DNA of 64,000 nucleotides from Cyanophora paradoxa CCMP329 (Eukaryota; Plantae; Glaucophyta), in contig QPMI01000436.1 in assembly GCA_004431415.1 (NCBI GenBank), positions 124,001-188,000 of the forward strand, written 5' to 3'. Under the pieces are notes generated by a model that was not told the DNA's origin, searched no databases, and worked only from the letters and a program-made list of their open reading frames with translations. The stretch's first letter is position 1. Every line of letters begins with the position of its first letter. The position numbers and the translations under genes were made by a program. Positions 47,859 to 57,859 of this stretch are shown one piece after another.

Positions 47859-50800
47859 CTAGGAGAAGGAGTAGGCCACGAGGTCGAGGAGGGCGCGGAC
47901 GGCGTGGCGGTTGACGTCGTGCGGGAGAACGCTCTCCCGCCAGTGCACCAGGCGAACGATCTCCCGGCGATCCCGTACCCCGGACGCGATCTCGCGGTTC
48001 GCCACCTCCCCGAACTTGGCCGCGTCCATCCCCTTCCGCAGGATCACGAGCACCACGTTCTGCACCCCTGCACCCGCCCGCAGCGTCAGTCACAGGCTGT
48101 TCGACCGCCGAACAAGAGAGGAGAAGGCGGACCACGGGCGTGAAGATCGTCCACGGCCCGCCGCTCGGGCACGTCGACGCGGTCCGAGGCTGCGTGCCCG
48201 ACCACCACGACGGTGGCCGGCGCGGCGCCGCCGGCTTCGCCGCCCCAGTCGTCCGGCCTGGCCCACGCGAACTCGAAGGGAGGCCCCGGGGCGCCCTCGT
48301 CCTCCTCTTCCCCACAGAAGCGGTAAGAGAGGGCCTCAAGCAGATCCCGCGGGTGGCTTTCGCCCTCCCGCGCCGCCACAAGCGGCACCGTTCGCTTGAG
48401 CTTTGGGTTCGAGTTCGCCGCGGGGGGCGCCGGCCCCGCCGGGGCGGGAGGCGGCTCCGCCGGGCCCGCCGGCCGCTGACGCTGTGCCTGATGCCGTCCG
48501 ATCAATGGCGCGGGGCGAGAAGAAGGAAGGAGGAGGGGGATAAGGGGGGTACAGGCGCACGAGGGCCTCCTGGAGACGCTGCAGCTCCCCCCTCAGACCG
48601 ATGTTCTCCCCCCGCAGTCGCTCTGAGGCAAAGACGAGGGTCATACGGATAGCGGGGATGGGGGGTTCGTGGAAGGGGTTGCAGATGGGGGTACAGGGAA
48701 TGGGTTGGTACAGGGGATGAGGGAGTGCGAGGAGGGGTGGGGGGTATTGTTATTACAGGCGGGGTACGAAGTACGGGGTACGGGGGTACTAAGAGAGTGC
48801 TATGAGGGTGGTACGGGGTTACGGCGGTACTGTGGGGGACTACGGAGTACGGGGTACGGGGTACTAGGGTACGGGAGAAAGGTAATATTAGGAGTACGGG
48901 GTACTACGAGGGTACGGGGGTACTGGGGTACGGGTTACTAGGGGTAGGATGGTAATACAAGTGACGGGGTACGGGGTACTAAGAGGGTACTAGGAGTACG
49001 GGAGGAAGGTTTATAGGAAGGGAAAGAGTTGGAGGCGGGTCAGGGGGTGGGAGGGGAGGGGTGGGAGGGGGACAGGGGGACAGGGACGGGGGGGGGGGGG
49101 GGGGGGGAGGGAGCGGGATTGGAGCAGGAGAGGGTAGAGGAAGAGGGTTGGGGGGGGGGGGTGAAGGGTGGCGAAGGGGGCCAGGAGGCGGGAGGCAGGG
49201 GGATTGGGGGTGGGGGGGGGGCGGGGCGGGGGCGGCGGGAGGAGAGGGGGGGCAAGGGCCGGGTACGACAGGCGCGCACCGATCTCGCGGCGGAAGCCCT
49301 TCTCGGCGTCGGCCCGCCGAGCACCCTCCTCCACCCTTGCCGCCTGCGCTCATATGATCAGAGCCGCGCCGGCGAGTCTTGAAAGGGGTCTTATCAAAAG
49401 GTCCGGGCGAGCGCGCGCCTCGAGGTGCCTGGAGCGCTCGCGCTCGCGCTCGAGCTCCCCGCGGACGCCCGCTAGCTGCGCCTCCAGATCCCAAACCCGC
49501 GCCTCCAGCTCCGCTTCCCTGTACCCCGCCTCGGGGGGGCGGCCTTCCGAGGGGCCGTCGGCCGCGGGGGGCTGCTGCATGGACGCTCCGTCCGGCTGGG
49601 CTGGAGGCTCCGCCCCCCCGTGGCAGCCGTCTTCTCCTCCGGCTGCAGCCGGCGCGCCGCTCCTGTGCTTGTTTCGGCCGCCCTTCGGTTTTCGGCCGGC
49701 CGGCTTGCCCCCCTCCGAAGGCGGATGCTGGGCGGCCGAGGGGCCAGCTGCAGGCTCTTGGACGGCCGGCTGATCGCTGCTCGCCTCTGCTAGCGATTGC
49801 AGGGGCGGCGGCGTTGGCGGCGGCGGCGGCGACGGCTTGTACATGTCCGCTAGTCGCGCCAGCTCCGTCAACGCCGAAGCCGACCGCAAAGGCTGAGGCT
49901 GGGGCCCGCCGCCGTCAGGCCCCCCCGGTCCGGCCGGCGCGTTGCTCCCGCGCTCGCCCCGCTGTTGCTGCCGGCCGCGGCTGCCTCGCGCGCCCCTCCC
50001 CCTGCTGCCGCCGGCCGCGTGCTGCTGGTGCCCCTCCGGCGCCGGCGGGATCGGCAGCTCCTGGACGATCGGCGGATCGTTGTACCCCTGCTCCCCAGCC
50101 GACGGTTCTATGGGGGCGGAGGGCTGCTGCGGGGTCGAAGGCGTGCCTTCCTCCGCGCCCGCCTCGCCGGCGGCGGCTGCGGACGCCCCGCCGCTGCCGC
50201 CGCCGCCGCCGCCGTCCCGCCAGCCGCGCGGCGCCGGCTGCCGCTGCTGCACTGCCGCGCCGAGCGCCCGCTTCGAAAGCTCCGCAGAGGGGGCCATCTT
50301 GTGCGGCTGCCGCCCGGCTTGGGAACCGCCCCTGGTCCTCTCCTGCGCGCGCGAATCGCCGCGGCCGGCGGACGCCGCGGGGCGAGCGAGGCGGCCTGCG
50401 GGGGACTGCGGCGTGAGGAGAGGTCGAGGGGAGAGGCACAGAGTACTCGCTGACAATTGCAGAGCGTGCACTTGTCGCCGAAGCGCTTGTCAGGTTGGCC
50501 CCCGCAGTCTCGACAGGCTGCCTTCGCGAACTCTTCGAGCAACGCCGAGCCGGGGGGACTCCAGCCCCCCGAGCCCTCCTTAATGTTGCGTAGCATGTCC
50601 TGAAGGGTGCGGAGGACCGCCGCCTCGGATCTAATCCAGCAGTGGCCGAATCAGCGCTCAAAACGAGCAGCGGCACGGGCAATCGAGCGCACCTATCGCG
50701 GAGCGCTTCCACAGGTCCTTCCCTGAACCAAGCGACTCTCTTCGTCACCTCGTAGAGGCAGGTGAGCAGCTCCGGCGCTGTGTTGCACGTTGGCCAGCCG

Positions 50801-51307
50801 TTGATAAGTGCTCGGAAAGCCCGGAGAGTCTTCTGCGCGCGCTGTTGAGCCGTCTGAGCGTTCTCTTCCTGCGCGTCTCTGCGCGCACTGCATCAGCCGC
50901 GTGCGATTCTCTGCATGCGCCCAGTTCCCAGCGCAAAGCGCACCCGAGCGTGGGCAAGACCTGTCGAAAGAGCGCCCGCGTCTCGGGCGGCACGGCGCGC
51001 TGGAGCAGCTGCTCATGGAGATCGATGACTGATGATATCCATGTAGGTGTTATCTCGCACTCGCGTGCTTCTTTGCCTGGACACCAGGCGCCGACGAGTC
51101 CAGAGACCAACTCCAGCACATCCAGTGCCTCCTCCTCGTTAAATGCGCTGCAAGAGCGACCCGCAGCGTCAGGAAGCGCTTCGGTCGCGCTGAGCGAACT
51201 GATCGGTCGCACCTGAGACCGCGCAGCAGTTTTTCGATCACCGCCTTCTTTTCTGTGTCGATCATCGCACCGAGCCGCTCTAGCACCCGCACCGGAATCC
51301 CGGGCAT
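47859..51307 (-). CDS. Hypothetical protein: helical N-terminus, low-complexity linker, coiled coil, C-terminal alpha/beta domain
   Basis: MPGIPVRVLERLGAMIDTEKKAVIEKLLRGLR|...EEEALDVLELVSGLV...; EAELEARVWDLEAQLAGVRGELERERERSRHLE; ERLRGENIGLRGELQRLQEAL; ATVVVVGHAASDRVD...|GVQNVVLVILRKG...IVRLVHWRESVLPHDVNRHAVRALLDLVAYSFS*. Confidence 0.65.
48650..49262. repeat. Purine-rich low-complexity intron with GGGTAC-type repeats and G runs
   Basis: Many ggggtacg/gggtact units between exons of the 47859-51307 gene. Confidence 0.85.
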
Positions 51308-51373
51308 CGCGCCGCCGCCGCCGCTCAGTCGGCCCAGGGGTACGCTGTCGTTGGAGCGGTCGAGCTCTCGCGG
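51308..51373. promoter_or_regulatory. Very short divergent intergenic region (putative bidirectional promoter), also copied upstream of paralog C
   Basis: The predicted ATGs at 51307 (-) and 51374 (+) are 66 bp apart; an inverted homologous copy lies at ~47525-47610. Confidence 0.45.
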
Positions 51374-54300
51374 ATGCGGGAGGCGCGGCACCTGCGCGGG
51401 AGACCGGCGGCTCTGCTGCAACCCGCGCGGGACGTCATCATCGTGCGCGCGCTCCCCTTCGCGCCCCGGCTTGTGCGGAAAGCACCGCAGCACACGAGCG
51501 CCGTTCGCTGACGCGAATGCACGCGCGCGTGCTCAGGTCTTACACGGCGATGACGTGGCTGGCAGCGGCTCGCTCGCTCGGGATGGGAAAGCGGAAGGCG
51601 CTCACGCCGCGGCCAACCATGTAGACAGCGGGGCGACCTGGAAGCAAAGCGCGGCGAGGGAGGTGCTCGCCGCGGCGCTCGGAAGCGTCGGGGATCGCGG
51701 GCGGGGCGCCCCGTGCCGGGTCGGCGTCGTCCGCTGCAGGCGCGGCGGCGCGGAGCTGCTCTGCCCGCTGGCCGCATCGCGGGAGGGCGTCGAGGAGGCG
51801 CTCCGGCGGCACGAGGGTGCGCTCTGCACGGCTCTCGTGCGCGCGGTGCGCTTCTAGCGCTGAGGGCATCGCGGCAGAGCCTGTAGCTAGCGCTAGCTAT
51901 AGCGGCGCTGGCGACAGCGGGTCCGGCTCGGGTCTGTCGGCGGCGCTGGAGGCGTGCGGGGAGCACTTCGCTTCGCAGTCGGGCACGGAGGCGCAGCGGC
52001 ATGTGTGGATCCTGACCTCGGCGGACTGGGGCGCGGCGGCGGGCGGCGAGGACGCGGCGGCGGCTGCAGCAGAGCGCCTGCGGCGCGAGGTGCGCCCCGC
52101 CCCCTCGTTCGTTTCGCTACGGGCTGAGGCGGCGGGGCCAGAGTGGCGCGACGGTCACGGCGGTGGCGCTGCGGGCGGGGGCGGCGGTGGGGGCGGGCGG
52201 GCTGCGGGAGGTGGCGACGGCGGGCGGGTCTTCGCGGCGGGCGAGCTGCGGCGGGCGGCGGAGGGTCGTTCGGGCGGGGCGGCGGGAGCGACGCCGGAGC
52301 GGCTGGCGGCGGTGAGGGCGCGGCTGCTGCTCGGCGGGCGGGGGCGGCTGCGGCTCGGCGAGGACCTGCAGCTGGAGCTGACGGTGCGGAACGAGGGACG
52401 GGCGCCCATCCCGCCGGGCGCGCGGCTCGTCTTCCCCGGCGGGAGTACTTCGGCGGCACACGGCGGCGCTACCGGCGGGCGTGGCGCCGCTGGCGGAGGC
52501 GACGGTGCGGGCGGCGCTGCCGGCGCAGGCAAAGGGCTCGGCGGGCGCCCTGCACGCCGCCCTCGACGCCCTGCCCGAGCACATCGAGTTCAGGTGCCCG
52601 CCCCGCCCCACGCCCGCCGCGGCGCCGCCCGACGCGCGTCGGCAGCCTGCGGGACGAGCGGGACGCGCCGATCCCGACGCTGGAGGACGCGTTCGTCCTC
52701 GAGTTTCGTGCGCGCCGCCCGCCGCCGCCGCCGCCGTTGCCGCCGCCGCCGCCGTCGTCGTTCTGACGCGCCGCTCGGCAGAGGACTTTGCGGGCGACAT
52801 TTTCGACGCGGCCCCGGCGGCGGCCGCGGCGGGCGGGGCCCACATCCTCCTCTGCGGCCCGCACGGCAGCGGCAAGGCGCGTGCACCCGCGTCATGGCCG
52901 GGCCAGCCGCTGACGGGCGGCGCAGAGCTCGTTCTTCAACTCGCTGGTGTCGTGCCTGAGCGAGCGGGTGGTGGCGCCGGCGGTCGCGGGGGGCCACACG
53001 GAGCACGTCACGAACGAGTTCTTCCGCTTCCGCCTCGACCGGTGCGCGCCCCCGCCTCGTTCGCTGGCGGCAGAGGCGGGCACCGCCCGACAGCCGGCCG
53101 GCAGGCACGAGGGGCTAGCGGGCCTCCCTGTTGCCATCTTCGACAGCTGGGGCATCGACGGGTGCGGGCGGTGCAGCGCATGGCGGCGCGGGCCGGGCCT
53201 GACGCGGCGCAGGGCGAACTACCGCGGGGAGGAGATGGCGCTCATGCTGCACGGCGCCCTGCCCCTCCAGTGGCCCATGGAGGTCCGCGGTTGTGCTCGG
53301 GCGTATCGGGGCTATCTGACGCGGCGGGCCGGGCAGGAGTGCGTGACAGTGGAGGGGCTGAGGGCGGCGCTGGAGGCGCGAGGGCAGCGGCTGCAGGCGG
53401 ACCCCTCGCGCAAGGTGCGCGGGGCGGCAGTTGGCGTTAGCTTTGCACCGGCAAACTTCGCCCCAGTCGACGTGACCTTTGCGTCTTTGACTGTGCCCCG
53501 CGGCAGATCCACGCGGTGGTGTTCATCGTGTCGTACTCGGAGCTCGACCTGCGCTCGGAGACCCTCGACCGCTTCGCCGCCCTCTTCCGCGCCGCCACCC
53601 TCGCCCTCAGTGCGCCGCCCGTGCGCGGCGCCAGCGGCGGCGGCGGCTGAGGCGGGCGGGGCGCGGGGCAGAGCGGAAGGCGGTGGTGGCGATCTCGCAG
53701 GTGGACCGGCTCGGGGGCGACGCGGAGGTGCTCGCCAAGTACCGCCAGAAGCTCTGCGCCCTGCTCGCCATCAGCGAGGCCAGCGTCTTCACCCTCGAGA
53801 ATTACTGCGACACCAAGGCCCGCCCCCGCCCCCGCCCGCGACCTCAGCCCCGCCTGTAGCGCTGCGTCTGATTGTAAGGTACGCAGGACAAGTCGTTCGG
53901 GATCGACCGGGCGGTGTACCGGATCGCCCTCGCCGCCGTCCGCGCCGCCAATGACTTCCTCTGCATGGAGGCCAACACCGCCGTCCCCTGCCCCTTCCCG
54001 CTCGCACTCGCGCCGCCCGTGGCAGCTCCGGCAATGGCGGCAGCCCCTCGTCCAGCTGCTCCGCGCGCACCTGCTGCGGCCGCGTCATCCAAACCACCAG
54101 TCCCTGCTCGAGCCGCCGCACCGGTCCCGGCTATCGCGCCATCCCCCGCTTTCGCAACTTTCGCTGCTCCCGGGCACCCCACCGCAAAGTCTGCCCCGCC
54201 ATCCAAGTCTGCTGCACAAGGGAACGGCAAGCCTCCTCCAGCCGCGCCTGCCACGCCACCGGTCCCTCCTCGAGCAATCGCATCCTTTGCCTCTCCGGGG

Positions 54301-57300
54301 AGCTCTGCACCAACAACCAAGTCTGCTGCGCAAGCAAACGCCGAGCCCGCATCTGTATCTCTCACAGGAAATTCGAAGGCCGCGTCACCGCCCGTACAGG
54401 GCAGTTCATTTTGGTACATACAGCTTCTCAAATCCTAGAGCCTCTGCGTCTTTTCTCACCCTAATGATGTAAATATTTTCGGCTTCTCAGGTCAGAGGAG
54501 CAGATCGCTTCCACGCTCGTCAAGGTTCTGGAGAGCGCGGGGGGCTCTCTCAACGGCGGCGTGATAGGCCGTGCATTCGCTATGGCGGTGCACAGCGTCC
54601 AAACCGCTGATTGCGAGCGCTTCTCTGACCGTTTCCGATCCCAGGCGGGGAAAAGCTTCAAAGATGCCAGCGGGCAGCGGAGCGCGGCGAAGTTCTGCCA
54701 GCGCCGCCCCGATCTCTTCCGCGTCGCCGGCGCCGGGGCGCCCGGGCCGCAGACGGTCTGCCTCGCAGATCAGACCGGCCGTCCTGCCCCTTCGAGTTAC
54801 TGGTGGCTTCCTATCCTCGGCCTCATCAAATCTGCGCGTGTTCCTGAATCATCTTCGATATTTCTCCAGGCTGCCGGAGAAGCTAGCTTCGACCCTCGTG
54901 AGCCTCCTGCAGGGCTGTGGCGGCTCAGCATTGGCCTCTGCACTGGGCGGCGAATTTGCCTTTGAGGTAATGCTGACGCGAATAACGCTGAACTCGGGCG
55001 CACCTTGATCTCGATTCAGGCAGGAAAGAAGTTCGAGGAACTCAGCATTCAGCCCAGCATAGAGATTTTCTGCATTGAGCGCCCGCACCTCTTCTCCGTT
55101 GCTGGCGCCGGCTCTGGCAATGGGAGATGCACCGTCTCTCTCAAAGACTTCGCGGTCGCAGTGCCAGCAGCGGCATCAGCACTCTCAGCACCGGGCTTGA
55201 GACTGCAACTTCAAGGCTGCAACTTCCAAGACAAGGCTGCAACTTCCAAGACAAATTCATCTGCAGCGCCCAAGGCTTTCTCGTCGCCCGCACGTGCCTC
55301 CGCCCCAGGTGGGCAGTTGTGCATGTACATGTACATGCGAATGCTGATGGTCGCCTATTCATATGCCTAGATCCTGAAGACTACTCGCTAATCTGTCAAC
55401 GATCGGTGCTCTATCCTCTCGCTCTTTCCCTTCACATCTTGCGCTTCATCTTTCGCCGGATTTGAGATGAGCTGCGATGCCAGATTGTCTTCAACCAACC
55501 GTGTCTCGACAAGGACTGCACAAAAGTCCACGGTGAATATTATTTGGCCTGAAGCGATGTTTAAATTTGCGTACCAGTGCACGCGATTGTTCATGCCCTG
55601 AAATGGTTTTTGCGACGGCAGATAAGCGCCTCCTAAAAGGCATCGCGTGCAAGAAGTTTTGGACGGACGGCTCGTGTGGGAAATCGGGCAGTGAATGCTG
55701 GTGAATTGGTTTTGGTTTCCAATCTTTGATTTTCCGTTGTTTTAAATTTCGATCCGATTCATTGTGATGCACAGGTTCAACCACGAAACGAAGTCGCCTC
55801 ACCTGCTAGCGCTGGCCCTCATCCGCCAGCGGCTCGAGGCGGCGTGCTTGGCGCCGAATTCGAAAGGCCCGGCGGCCCCTCGGCCTCCCGCGATCGCGAC
55901 AGCTGCAGTCCCCGCATCGTCGACGCCGACAGCCGTCGCGAAGGCCTCGTCGCCGTCAACGCCCGTGCCTGGCGTGCCTTGGTATGCTCGCCTTCAGGAT
56001 TTTATCGATGTGCGAGTGCACTCAAAACCGCTGCTACTCCCGATCGCAGGTCCGAGGACCGGCTTACGTCCACGCTTGTCAAGCTGCTGGAGGACGCTGG
56101 GGGCTCCCTCACTGGCGCCGGCATCGGCGCGGGCTTCAGGAAAATGGTGCTCCGTTCTATAATTATGTGTAGTCATTTTGCAAGTTTGTAAACGCTTCTC
56201 GTTCACTACCGCCTCTCACTGCTTAGGCGGGGAAGAGCTTCAAAGAGGCCAGCGGGCTGCCGAGCATGGGCTGGTTCTGCCAGCGCCGCCCCGACATCTT
56301 CCGCGTCACCGGCGGCGTGGGCGAGCGCGTGCAGCAGTCGTTCCATCTTGCTGCTCACGGCTCGTCCGCCGCTCCTTCTCCCCCCGTGTCAAAGCACGCA
56401 AGGCCAGCCGCAGCGCAAGCGCACGCCGCACCCCCTTCAGCGTCTCCCCCGAGCAGATACACAGCAGGGCAAAGTGGACAATCAATCCCGACCGTCATGC
56501 GTAAGGCCGGATGCCGCAGCGAGAACGCGCACGCGTGCAAAGCGCTCGCTGACTGACACACTCTCAGCGGTGGCGCTGGTCGTGGAGATTCTTGTGGATG
56601 TGCTGCGCTCGAGCACCCGCACGGGCCTGCCCAAACGCATGAACGCTGCTGATCTCGCCCAGGTGTTCAACGTTCGGGTGCGCCCCATTAAATTTGGCGC
56701 CTGTTAGTCATATATATATTTCTCATGAATTCTGCCCTAAGGTCGGCAAGTCGTTCTCCGCCGCTTTGGGCGAAAACATCTCGCCCGTCGCTTTCTGCCA
56801 GCGGTTCGAGATTTCATCGAAAATTTAAACCCGCCGCGCTCGAAGTAATCGTTTCACCGTCAACGCCATTATCCGCAGCTATCCGCACCTGTTCGCGATA
56901 TCCTCCTACTCTGACAATAGTGGTCAGAAGTTCGTTGACGTGAGTCTTCGGGCCGACGCTCCCGTATCTTCCAGAGGTCTGCCCTAGACCTTCCATAACC
57001 GATCATGAAGCGCGTATGGAGCGCTGAGAACTCAAATCGACTGCAGACGCCAGCGGTGTGCCCCCCGTCATCGAAGGCATCATCCAGCTCGAGCCGCCGC
57101 CGCTTTCGAGTTTCCCAACGATCGCTTCGAACTCGGATATCGATGCGGGAGCTTCGACCTCTTTCCCGCCGGGCTACTATCCGGTCCCACCGCCTCCCGC
57201 GATCACTGCGGCCCGCAACCAGCCTTCCGATCCTGTTCCTAAACCTGCCCCCGTTTCTCGGCCTAGTCCTTCCGCGCCGCCCTCCGGATCCCAGCCCACC

Positions 57301-57824
57301 GGATTTGTACCCGCATCCGGATCTTCCCAACACATGCCGGATGCCGAAATCGTGGCGGCTCTGCGGGAGTGTTTGGGGGAGAGCGGCGGCTTCGCGCAGC
57401 AGTCCGTCCTCGCCTCCAAGTTCCACAAAAAGGTGCGCCGGCCCGTAATGTTATCGAATTTGCGCGTTAATATTTATATTCTAACTGTGCTCACCCCGCC
57501 AGACGGGGCGCACTTTTAAGGAGGCGGCCTGGAAGCAAAACTTCCTCTCCTTCATCCGGCGGTAAGCGCGGCTTCGACTTCATAATCCTTGTATTTAAAA
57601 GAAATACGTAATCTATCATTTTGGATTTAAAAGAAATACGTAATGTATCTATCATTTTGATTAGGACAATCGACTGACTCTCGGATGCCCCACGCGCCCC
57701 TGGCCATCTAGATACCCCGGGGACTTCCGGCTGGTGCCCTCGGGGAAAAGTGCGGACTCGAGGAACACGTCGGCCGACATCATCGCCCTCGCGTCGGATC
57801 CGCTGTCGGAGGCGGCGGCGGTCT

Positions 57825-57859
<35 letters not shown>

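Larger units (their letters stand above)
44690..54240. repeat. Inverted duplication: ~44690-47610 vs ~51300-54240 (5' halves of paralogs C and D)
   Basis: High nucleotide similarity in reverse complement, including introns and the upstream segment. Confidence 0.9.

Noticed and set aside
52180-52470. Frameshifts suggesting paralogs D or B are pseudogenes
   Set aside because: The indels fall in G/C runs, the same error pattern seen between the duplicated copies at 1-4937; I found no in-frame stops in the conserved exons. Needs read polishing.
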